NCBI GenBank assembly: GCA_963727625.1
Contig: CAVSHR010000011.1
Coordinates: 96,001-160,000, forward strand
Source: an uncultured delta proteobacterium
Lineage (GTDB): Bacteria; Desulfobacterota; Binatia; UBA9968
Length of the DNA: 64,000 nt
Direction: 5' to 3'
Position numbers and translations under genes: made by a program. How positions within the stretch are numbered: position 1 is the stretch's first letter; each line of letters begins with the position of its first letter. Below are positions 1 through 8,524 of the stretch, piece by piece. Below the pieces are notes generated by a model, which was not told the DNA's origin, did no database searches, and saw only the letters and a list, made by a program, of their open reading frames with translations.

Positions 1-63
1 GTGATGGTGCCTGCTAAAGATTTCAGCGAAGTCACTTCCGTGCTGATCACGCAGGGAAACTGA
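1..63 (+). CDS. 3' end of an upstream gene (partial), product unknown
   Basis: Frame 1 is open from base 1 (VMVPAKDFSEVTSVLITQGN*). Its TGA overlaps the next ATG (TGATG), suggesting translational coupling. Confidence 0.45.
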   Translation: MMVPAKDFSEVTSVLITQGN

Positions 64-935
64 TGCAATCCGATTGGCGGCTCGCCCGGACATTCCTGGA
101 AAATCATCCCTACGAAGCGGGATTGGTGTTGGAAAAATTGGCGCCGGCGCAGAGCGCCGAGCTGCTGCGCGAGCTGCCGGAGCCGGTCGCCGTCGCGGTT
201 CTGGAGCAGATGAGCTCTTCGACCGGCGCGGCGTGTCTGCTGGCCTTTCCCACCGATTATGCGGCAACTTTGATTGAGGCTTTGTCGCTCGACGCCGCAG
301 CGCGGTTGCTGCGCTGCCTTGGGTCGGAGGAGCGGACTCGCTTGCTCGCGGCTGTTTCCGAGCGCCGCTCGATGCCGCTGCGACGTCTGTTAAACTATCC
401 GTTGGGTACGGCGGGCTCGCTGATGGATCCTCAGGTGTTGGCGCTGCCCGCGTCGCTGGCGGTGCGCGACGCCTTGGAACGGGTCCAGCGCTCACCGCAA
501 CACTCGCTTTATTATCTCTACGTGATCGACGCCGAACAGAAGCTCGCCGGCGTGATAAACCTGCGCGAGTTGATGCTTGCTGGGCCCGAGGAACAGCTCG
601 CGGCTGCGATGCACACGCCGGTGTCAAAGTTGATGGCAGGCGCGGCTTTCGCGACGATTTTGCTCCATCCTGCCTGGCGCGAATTTCATGCCCTGCCGGT
701 CACCGACGACGTCGACCGGTTTTTGGGTGCGATTCGCTATAAGACTCTCAAGCGATTGGAACAAGAACGCAGCGGGCAGCAGAAGGCCAATGAATCGATG
801 ACCGCACTGCTGAGTCTTGGCGAGCTTTGTTGGATTGGCTTTGGCGGTATGCTGGCGGGTTTGGCGGCGACAGTTTTTCCCCGGGCGCTGGCATCGAACA
901 AAGACGCGGAGTCTAGCCATGACGGAATCGACTGA
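63..935 (+). CDS. MgtE N-terminal/CBS-domain protein lacking the MgtE membrane domain
   Basis: Helical MgtE_N-like region, YPLGTAGSLMDP linker, CBS pair (YLYVIDAEQKLAGVINLREL; ALPVTDDVDRFLGAI) and a single C-terminal hydrophobic helix. Confidence 0.8.
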   Translation: MQSDWRLARTFLENHPYEAGLVLEKLAPAQSAELLRELPEPVAVAVLEQMSSSTGAACLLAFPTDYAATLIEALSLDAAARLLRCLGSEERTRLLAAVSERRSMPLRRLLNYPLGTAGSLMDPQVLALPASLAVRDALERVQRSPQHSLYYLYVIDAEQKLAGVINLRELMLAGPEEQLAAAMHTPVSKLMAGAAFATILLHPAWREFHALPVTDDVDRFLGAIRYKTLKRLEQERSGQQKANESMTALLSLGELCWIGFGGMLAGLAATVFPRALASNKDAESSHDGID

Positions 936-2232
936 ACGAGCAGCGACGCAATTGGCGCAGGCCTACCTGGGGCTTTATCCAGCGGAGGCGGCGCGTTCGT
1001 TGGAAGCGCTGCCGCCGGGGGAGATCGCCGCCGTGCTCGAGCGCGAACCCGCAGCTCGAGCATCGGCGCTGCTCGAACGCATTCTCCCCGATCTGGGCGC
1101 CGACGTTTTACTACGACGGGGGCCGGAAGCGGCGCGTCAGATTCTTCCCGGGTTGACTCCCGAGCGGGGGGCGCAGCTGCTCGCGCGCATGGACCGGGAG
1201 ACCCAAGCGGAGTTCTTGCGCCCGCTCAACGGCTGGCTGGTCAAGGAGCTCCAGGTGCTGATGACGTATCCGCCGGGAACGGCCGGCAGTTTGATGGATC
1301 CGCGGGTGACGCTGGGGCGTCGCGAATTCACGGTGGCGGAGACATTGAGCGCCGTGCAAGCCGCCGGGCGCAAGCGCATTTACGACGTCTGCGTGGTTGA
1401 CGATCATGACCGGCTGATTGGCACGGTGGCGCTTCAAGATCTGGCGTTAGCCGAGGGCGATGAGAGGTTGCAAGAATTTTTACGTTTTGCGCCGGTGACG
1501 ATCGGCGCGATGGCGACGCGCGAAGAAGTCGTCGATCTCATGACCCAGAACCGGCTGTCCAGCTTGCCGGTGATCGACGCCGAGGAGCGGGTGGTGGGCA
1601 TCATCCGTCATGACAAACTGATCGCCGCAGCCCAGGAAGAAGCCAGCGTCGATATTCAGACCATGGTCGGCGCCAGCAAAGAAGAACGGGCTTTGTCGAA
1701 CGTCTCCTTCGCGATTCGCAAAAGGCTGCCGTGGCTGCAGATCAATCTAGTGACGGCGTTCATCGCTGCGTCCGTGGTGGGGCTTTTCGAAGGGATCATC
1801 GCCAAGTTTACCGCTTTAGCCGTGCTGCTGCCAATTGTCGCGGGCCAGTCCGGCAATACCGGGGCGCAGGCGCTCGCCGTGACCATGCGTGGACTGGCGT
1901 TGCGGGAAATCCGCCCGCGCCATTGGATGAGGGTGACGTTAAAAGAAGTCAACGTCGCTTTCTTCAACGGCATCGCCGTCGCACTGACGACATCCCTCGG
2001 CGTCTATCTCTGGAGCCGTTCCTTCGGCCTCGCCCTGGTGATCGGCGTCTCCATGATTATTTCCATGGTCGCTGCGGGATTGTCCGGCGCGGTGATTCCG
2101 ATGATCCTGCTCGCTCTCGGCCAGGACCCCGCCCAGTCGTCGTCGATTGTTCTCACCACGGTCACCGACGTCGTCGGTTTCTTCAGCTTCCTCGGTTTGG
2201 CAACGCTGTTAGCCAGCATGCTGCCGACGTAA
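919..2232 (+). CDS. mgtE: Magnesium transporter MgtE
   Basis: YPPGTAGSLM linker, CBS pair, KRLPWL, AGQSGNTGAQ and DPAQSSSIVLTTVTDVVGF membrane motifs. Start placed at ATG 919. Confidence 0.92.
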   Translation: MTESTERAATQLAQAYLGLYPAEAARSLEALPPGEIAAVLEREPAARASALLERILPDLGADVLLRRGPEAARQILPGLTPERGAQLLARMDRETQAEFLRPLNGWLVKELQVLMTYPPGTAGSLMDPRVTLGRREFTVAETLSAVQAAGRKRIYDVCVVDDHDRLIGTVALQDLALAEGDERLQEFLRFAPVTIGAMATREEVVDLMTQNRLSSLPVIDAEERVVGIIRHDKLIAAAQEEASVDIQTMVGASKEERALSNVSFAIRKRLPWLQINLVTAFIAASVVGLFEGIIAKFTALAVLLPIVAGQSGNTGAQALAVTMRGLALREIRPRHWMRVTLKEVNVAFFNGIAVALTTSLGVYLWSRSFGLALVIGVSMIISMVAAGLSGAVIPMILLALGQDPAQSSSIVLTTVTDVVGFFSFLGLATLLASMLPT

Positions 2233-2319
2233 GTCCCGCGCCTTTGGCGTCAAATGGACACACGATCAGGACGTCGCTTTTTCTGGGCTCAGCTCTTTAA
2301 TTGCTCGGGTTGCGGAGGG

Positions 2320-2479
2320 CTAAGAAGAAGTTAACTTGAGGCCGATGAACCCGGCGAGGATCATGCCGATTGCGGTCAGCTGACTCGGCCATGGACGGGG
2401 GAATCCGTCGGTGTGTTTTACACTGATCGCGCAAAATCACTTCCAAGAGGCCGGTGATGAAAAGGTTGATCCAAGGTAT
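2320..2479 (-). pseudogene. sugE: SMR-family (SugE/Gdx-like) transporter pseudogene
   Basis: After a GGAGA RBS the minus strand reads (ATA)PWINLFITGLLEVI, then a +1 frameshift, then CAISVKHTDGFPRPWPSQLTAIGMILAGFIGLKLTSS*. These are SugE N- and C-terminal motifs with the middle missing. Confidence 0.75.
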
Positions 2480-2527
2480 CGCGTTTCTCCCGAAGTTACT
2501 TATGACAAATTTTGCATGAGCCTGCCG

Positions 2528-3031
2528 TTAGGAGCTCGAATCCTGCGCCGGTGTCTTTCGCAAGCTCTCGACGGCCAAGAGGATCGCCGCAGCGGTGATC
2601 GCCATGTCGGCGAGGTTGAAAATCCCGCTGCGCAGCGGGCCGATGCCGACGTTCAGGAAATCAACGACCCGGCCGTCGTAGAGGATGCGATCGATCAGAT
2701 TACTCAAGCCGCCGCCGCAGACAAGGGATAAGCAGGCGAGATAGGCGCGCGGCAGGGAGCGGTTGACTAATAGATACGTGAATAGCGCGAACAGAAAGAC
2801 ACCAACGATCACCGTGAACACGAGATGACGCCAGGGCTCGGGCAACGAAGCGCCGAGGCTCAAAAACGCGCCGGTGTTCTCGGCGTACTGCAAGCGAAAA
2901 GTATCGCCAGCAAACGAAATCAACACATCCGGCGCGAGATGCTTCTTGGCCAGCCCTTTGGTCGCCTGGTCGGCGGCGACGCAGGAGAAGATAATCAACA
3001 GTACAAAAGTTACGCGAGGCGGTCGGTTCAT
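2528..3031 (-). CDS. lspA: Lipoprotein signal peptidase II
   Basis: DQATK, ENTGAFLS, GGGLSNLIDR, VVDF and FNLADMAI motifs. Confidence 0.93.
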   Translation of the reverse strand: MNRPPRVTFVLLIIFSCVAADQATKGLAKKHLAPDVLISFAGDTFRLQYAENTGAFLSLGASLPEPWRHLVFTVIVGVFLFALFTYLLVNRSLPRAYLACLSLVCGGGLSNLIDRILYDGRVVDFLNVGIGPLRSGIFNLADMAITAAAILLAVESLRKTPAQDSSS

Positions 3032-3221
3032 TCAGTCAATAGGGAGAGAAAAGGTGCTCTACCCTATATACACAATATACACAGCTCGGGTTGGATGCCA
3101 ATGAATTGCGACAGTGGATCGGGCTTTGTCGATGTGCGACCCGCGGCGCGGAGAATTGCCGGAGCAGAGACGTTTGTTGCGCTGAGCTTTGGTAACCTTG
3201 ATTTCTTCATGTTAAAAACCG

Positions 3222-5000
3222 GTGATGACTCTTTCCAAGCAAGAATCTGCGAGACTGATTCGAGGCGCTCTGGGCGAGCTCAAAGCCGATCTCATCATAA
3301 CCGGCGGTAGACTCGTCAACGTATACTCCGGCGAACTGCTCGACGGCTTCGAGATCGCCGTGCTCGACGGTCGGATCGTTTACGTCGGGCCGAGTGCCAA
3401 GCACACCCGTGGCGCGGCGACGGAAGTACTCGACGCATCGGGGTGCTTTGTCGCTCCCGGTCTCATTGACGGCCACACCCATATCGGCCACTATGCCCGG
3501 CCGTTCGAAAATCTACAGTCGTTTCTGCCCCACGGCACGACGGCGGTCATGCCATCCTGTGACGAGTTGGCCACCGTGTTCGGTTTGCGCGGCCTCAAGC
3601 TTTTTTTGGACGAAGTCGAAAAGCATCCGCTGCGAGTGTTTACCCTGGTGTCGATGACCGCGCCGCAGGATCCGTCGGTTTGCAACACGGCGACATTTTC
3701 AAACGAAGAGATCGCCGAAGCGCTGGCCGATCCGCGAGTCTTGGGCATGGGCGAAATCGTTTCCTGGTTACGGCTTATTCAGTGTGACGACGAACTTCTC
3801 GAACGCGTCGCGTCGGCGCGGCGAAACGGACAGATCATCCATGGCCACACGGCCGGAGCGCGCGATCAAAAATTATGCGCGGTGGCCGCGCTGGGAATAT
3901 CTTCCTGCCACGAGCCGATCCGCTTCGAAGACGCGCTGGAACGGCTGCGTTTGGGCTACTGGATGATGCTGCGGGAGGGCTCGCTCCGACAGGACCTGGA
4001 AGCAACGCTGCCGCCGCTGATCGCATCGGGCGTAAGCCTGCAACGATTGATACTCGTGACCGACAGCATGACGCCTGACGATGTCGAAGAGCGTGGCCAT
4101 ATGGACCATGTGGTGCGGCGCGCTATAGCGCTCGGACTTTCGCCGATGATGGCGATCCGAGCCGTGACATTGAATCCTGCAGTGTATTCCGGATTGGAAC
4201 AACAGATTGGGGGCATTGCTCCGGGCCGTTTCGCCGATCTGGTGCTGATCGACGACCTGGAGCGCTGTCATGTGCGCGAGACGCGGGTCGGTGGCGCGAC
4301 CGTAGCGCGCAGGGGCGCGTCGGAGGTGACAAGTCAGCCCATCGATTTGCCGCTAGACCTGATGCATTCGCTGCGGGTCGGAGCCGTGATCACTCCCGAG
4401 ACTTTCAAAATTCCGAGCGCGGTCGCTGCGCCGAAGATTCGCGTAATGGAGCTGGTCAATCAAACCATTACGGCGGAACGCCTGGTCCAAGTCGGCACAA
4501 TGGAGGGAATGGTCGACGCGAATTTGGCCGAGGATCTCTTAAAAGTGGCGATGTTCGATCGGCACCGTCATGCGCCCGACATTGCATTCGGTTTTCTCAA
4601 AGGCTTCGGCGCCAAAGTCGGCGCGGTCGGTTTGACTATCAATCTCGACGAAAACGCATTGCTAATCGCGGGCAGCGACGATTGTGACATGGCGTTATGC
4701 GCCAATGCGTTACTCGAAGCCGGCGGAGGAATCGCGGTCGCTAAGGACGGTGAGATTCTGGAGCAAATCGATTTTCCGTTCGGAGGCTTGTTCGCGCTCC
4801 AGCCCTGGCAGGAAGTTGGACGGGGGCTCAGGCGAATCCAAGTGCGTCTAAATGAAATGGGCTCGTCTTTCGACAAGCCCATTTTTGCGCTGCTATTCTT
4901 GCCGTTCGTTACGCTGCCCGAGCTCAGGATCACGGCGCGGGGTTTGGTCAACGCCAAAGAACGAAGACTGGTTCCTTTGTTCGTCGATGGACCGGCTTAA
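3222..5000 (+). CDS. Adenine deaminase-like amidohydrolase (divergent active site)
   Basis: ADLIITGGRLVNVYSGE, PGLIDGHTH, HGTT, REGS, TLNPA and IAPGRFADL motifs; C-terminal Ade domain (LPFVTLPELRIT). Confidence 0.8.
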   Translation: MMTLSKQESARLIRGALGELKADLIITGGRLVNVYSGELLDGFEIAVLDGRIVYVGPSAKHTRGAATEVLDASGCFVAPGLIDGHTHIGHYARPFENLQSFLPHGTTAVMPSCDELATVFGLRGLKLFLDEVEKHPLRVFTLVSMTAPQDPSVCNTATFSNEEIAEALADPRVLGMGEIVSWLRLIQCDDELLERVASARRNGQIIHGHTAGARDQKLCAVAALGISSCHEPIRFEDALERLRLGYWMMLREGSLRQDLEATLPPLIASGVSLQRLILVTDSMTPDDVEERGHMDHVVRRAIALGLSPMMAIRAVTLNPAVYSGLEQQIGGIAPGRFADLVLIDDLERCHVRETRVGGATVARRGASEVTSQPIDLPLDLMHSLRVGAVITPETFKIPSAVAAPKIRVMELVNQTITAERLVQVGTMEGMVDANLAEDLLKVAMFDRHRHAPDIAFGFLKGFGAKVGAVGLTINLDENALLIAGSDDCDMALCANALLEAGGGIAVAKDGEILEQIDFPFGGLFALQPWQEVGRGLRRIQVRLNEMGSSFDKPIFALLFLPFVTLPELRITARGLVNAKERRLVPLFVDGPA

Positions 5001-5401
5001 GACGCGCTCTCTTTTTTGGCTTCCTGGCGGAGCGGCAGAACTCGCCCTTCGTTCTTCTTCATCGAGATATGACCTTCGAGAACGGCGCCGTCGCCGATGA
5101 CCAAACTCTGTGTGGTGATATCGCCGACCACCGAGCCGGGGGGCTGCACTTCGAGTTTCTTTTCAGCCACGACATCGGCCATGACTTTACCTTGAACCAG
5201 GATTGATGTGGCGGAAATCTTGCCTTTGACGGTGGCCTGCTGGCCCACGGTCACATGGGCTTGGGCGACAATTTCCCCTTCGACTTCGCCGTCGATGGTG
5301 GCCTGGCCGTCAAAATGCAATTTGCCATTGATCTTGGTGCCTGGTCCAAGGTAAGCGCCGAGATCGGCTGGCAGGCCGCTGGGTCGATTGAATTCTGCCA
5401 T
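4997..5401 (-). CDS. Bactofilin (polymer-forming cytoskeletal protein)
   Basis: Beta-helix pattern GTKINGKLHFDGQATIDGEVEGEI...VVGDITTQSLVIGDGAVLEGHISM. Confidence 0.9.
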   Translation of the reverse strand: MAEFNRPSGLPADLGAYLGPGTKINGKLHFDGQATIDGEVEGEIVAQAHVTVGQQATVKGKISATSILVQGKVMADVVAEKKLEVQPPGSVVGDITTQSLVIGDGAVLEGHISMKKNEGRVLPLRQEAKKESAS

Positions 5402-5511
5402 GTGGCTCCCCCCTTTTATCGGTTAGTGTCGAGGCCAAACTATAAAGCACAACGTTTGTTTTGTCTAGATTTTTTGTCCGCTCATCCGGCGCGGGCAATT
5501 TCCTAATTATT

Positions 5512-5541
5512 TTGCCTTTGGATGTAAAGGTCTGCTATAAA
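5512..5541 (+). promoter_or_regulatory. Putative sigma70 promoter of the UbiD gene
   Basis: TTGCCT-18 bp-TATAAA with an extended TG, in an AT-rich spacer. Confidence 0.45.
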
Positions 5542-5621
5542 TTAGTTTATGTTTTAACAATTAATTTTATCGTGCCCAGGATTCGATCCGACCTGATTTC
5601 CGCCGTTTAAGGAGCTTTAAA

Positions 5622-7103
5622 ATGCAAATCGATGATCTAAGAGAATATCTCGACATCCTCGAAGAATACCAAGAAGTGCAACGCATCAGTGTCGAGGTCG
5701 ACTGGGATCTAGAGATGGGCGCGATCACCCGTAGGGTTTACGATCTGGGAGCGCCGGCCGCGCTCTTCGAAAATGTGAAGGGCTACCCCAAGGGATTTCG
5801 CGCGCTCGGCGCGCCGCTCGGGACCAGCAAGCATCCCGGCCATGGGCTGTTTGCACGCACGGCGCTGGCCATGCATATGGCGCCGACCTCAACGCCCCAG
5901 GAGATCATGTCGAGCTATCTCAAACGCAAGGAAAAAACGATTCCGCCGACGCTGGTCAAAACCGGGTCGTGTAAAGAGAACGTCGACATCGGCGATGCCG
6001 TCGACGTGCTCAAGTTTCCAATTCCGCTGATTCACGGTGGCGACGGCGGTCGCTATATCGGCACCTGGCACACCGTGATTACCAAAGATCCCGACAGTTC
6101 GTGGGTCAATTGGGGTATGTACCGTCTCATGGTTCACGATCGCAATACCCTCGGCTGTCTGTTTCCCATGCAGCAGCATATCGGTCAGATTTACCAAAAA
6201 TATGAAGCGATGAATAAACCGATGCCGGTGGCCGTCGCGATCGGCGGACAACCGGTGATCCCGTTGGTGAGCTGTGTGATGCTGCCGCCTTACGTCAACG
6301 AAGTGGACGTGGCGGGCGCGCTGCAAAACGCGCCGATCCCTTTGGTCAAATGCGAGACGGTGGATATCGAGGTGCCGGCGTCGGCGGAAATCGTCATCGA
6401 AGGCGAGGTTCTGCCGCACGAGCGTAAAGTAGAAGGACCCTTCGGCGAGTATATGGGATATGAAGCGGGGAAATCATCGCCCAAACCGATTCTCAAGATC
6501 AAGGCCATTACCTACCGTAATAATCCGATACTGCCGTTTTCCAACATGGGCATGCCGGTGCATGAGGGGCAGACGGCGACGGCATTGATCAAGGGCGCCG
6601 AGATCTATTCCGAGCTCAAAAAACTCGGCTTGCCGGTCAAGAGCGTGTTTTGTCCGCCCTTTGGGGTCGGCCACATGTGCGTCGTCTCGACGGAGGTTCC
6701 CTTCGTAAATTTCGCGCGCCGTGTCGCCCATGCGGTGTGGGCCACCAAACCGGGCTTGTTCACCTATTACATCGTGATCGTCGAGCCCGATGTCGATCCC
6801 ACCAATATGGACGAGGTGGTGCACGCGATCACGACCAAGTGCCATCCCGTTAACGGGATTCATCCGGTGCCGCATATTCCCGGTTTTCCCGTTCTGCTGC
6901 CATTCTTGCCGCCGAAAGAGCGATTAATCGGCGATGCCGCAGGGGTGATCTTCGATTGCACTTGGCCGAAGGATTGGCCGGCGGAAAGCATCCCGGTCAA
7001 GGCCAGTTTCGAAAAACTCTGGCCGGCAGAGCTACAGGATCGGGTGCTCAAGAACTGGGAAAATTACGGTTACGGCAAGCCCGCCGTGAAAAGCGGTCGG
7101 TAA
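5622..7103 (+). CDS. UbiD-family prFMN-dependent (de)carboxylase
   Basis: DLREYL, EVDWDLEMGAI, DGGRYIGTW, NWGMYR, VPASAEIVIEG and EGPFGEY motifs. Confidence 0.92.
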   Translation: MQIDDLREYLDILEEYQEVQRISVEVDWDLEMGAITRRVYDLGAPAALFENVKGYPKGFRALGAPLGTSKHPGHGLFARTALAMHMAPTSTPQEIMSSYLKRKEKTIPPTLVKTGSCKENVDIGDAVDVLKFPIPLIHGGDGGRYIGTWHTVITKDPDSSWVNWGMYRLMVHDRNTLGCLFPMQQHIGQIYQKYEAMNKPMPVAVAIGGQPVIPLVSCVMLPPYVNEVDVAGALQNAPIPLVKCETVDIEVPASAEIVIEGEVLPHERKVEGPFGEYMGYEAGKSSPKPILKIKAITYRNNPILPFSNMGMPVHEGQTATALIKGAEIYSELKKLGLPVKSVFCPPFGVGHMCVVSTEVPFVNFARRVAHAVWATKPGLFTYYIVIVEPDVDPTNMDEVVHAITTKCHPVNGIHPVPHIPGFPVLLPFLPPKERLIGDAAGVIFDCTWPKDWPAESIPVKASFEKLWPAELQDRVLKNWENYGYGKPAVKSGR

Positions 7104-7207
7104 AAAATAGTACAAGAAAGACCAGGGCGCGAATACCTAAGATTGATAGCGAGAGTTAGCCTCGACTCTTATAGGCTTCCACTTCTTGGTATAGTTCAGC
7201 AATCCCC

Positions 7208-8464
7208 ATGCAATACGATCCTCAATCTGAGGCATCCATTTCCGACCCAACCATCACGCCGTTCGCGAGCAGCGTGTCAACCAAGGCAACGATCATTCTC
7301 ATTCGTTGGCCGGTCGTGCTGATCAGCGCTTCGTTAATTTTATTTCGGGTCAGCTCTTTGTCGATGGCCTGGGTCTTTTATGCGTTGGTGGTGATCTATG
7401 TTCTTACCAACGCCGCATTGTATTCCGTCGAAGAGGCGGCCTTTCGCAAACTAACTTTCAATATGTCCATCATCGGGCTGGACACGCTTGCGTTAACCGC
7501 TTCCCTGACACTCAATGGCCAGACCGAGACCAATTTCTTTCTCGCATATTTTCTCTTGATCATCGTCTGTTGCATTTTCGAAAATCCGCGTATGATCGCG
7601 GTCATTTCGTTGCTGGCGCCAATCGTCTACGCGGGAATTTTTTTCGAGGGTCCGGATCAACAACCGGCAAGTTATCTGCAGCTGGTGTTTCTCTTTATCG
7701 TTGGGCTGTTTTATGGACACTTTTCGCAATTGGTACGTACGCAGAGGGCGCTGAAGGAACGGGCCGAGCACCGAAGCCAGGCGAAAGCCGAGCTGCTCAA
7801 TATCTTATCCCATGAGCTTAAAACGCCGCTCACGGTTATTGCCAGTTATACTCAAGCGCTAAAAGGCGCCGCTCTCGGCGAGGTCAACCGGGTGCAAGAT
7901 GAAGCGCTCTCAAAGGTGCTGCGTCAGACTGAGAATTTGGTGGATATCGTCGATGTGATTTTGGCTTCGGCCAGTGTCGAGACCGGAGCAGTGGCGGTTC
8001 GTCGCGAGGAGTTTGTTTTGTCGGAGTTCTTAGACGAGCTAAGACGAAGTTGCGATGGCATCGTGTTGAATCCGAAGGTCAGTTTGGAATGGGATTATCC
8101 GACGCCGCTGCCCATCGTCGTTTCCGATCCCGGAAAACTGAAAATTCTCCTGCAAAACCTGATTAATAACGCACTCAAGTTTACCGACGAGGGGGAGGTT
8201 CGAGTTTCGGCGCGCCATAATCCCAATTATCAAAGGATGGTGTTTACCGTCTCGGACACCGGTATCGGTATCACGCCGGAACAACTGCCGTTCGTATTCG
8301 ACAAATTCTGGCAGGTCGACGCGGCCCGCACCCGCACACAGAGCGGTATCGGGATGGGACTCTATATCGTCAAAGCGTTCACAGAACTATTAGGCGGGAG
8401 TGTGACGGTGTCGAGCACTTTGGGCAAGGGCGCGGCATTCAGAGTCGAGGTGCCGACGGTGTAG
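7208..8464 (+). CDS. Membrane-bound sensor histidine kinase
   Basis: Several N-terminal TM helices; H-box SHELKTPL, N-box NLINNALKFT, G1 DTGIGI, G2 GIGMGL. Confidence 0.92.
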   Translation: MQYDPQSEASISDPTITPFASSVSTKATIILIRWPVVLISASLILFRVSSLSMAWVFYALVVIYVLTNAALYSVEEAAFRKLTFNMSIIGLDTLALTASLTLNGQTETNFFLAYFLLIIVCCIFENPRMIAVISLLAPIVYAGIFFEGPDQQPASYLQLVFLFIVGLFYGHFSQLVRTQRALKERAEHRSQAKAELLNILSHELKTPLTVIASYTQALKGAALGEVNRVQDEALSKVLRQTENLVDIVDVILASASVETGAVAVRREEFVLSEFLDELRRSCDGIVLNPKVSLEWDYPTPLPIVVSDPGKLKILLQNLINNALKFTDEGEVRVSARHNPNYQRMVFTVSDTGIGITPEQLPFVFDKFWQVDAARTRTQSGIGMGLYIVKAFTELLGGSVTVSSTLGKGAAFRVEVPTV

Positions 8465-8524
8465 CCGGAGCGGGAGATACCGTAGGACGAGGTCATGCAT
8501 TGCCGGCAAAAGACGTCCAACCCG

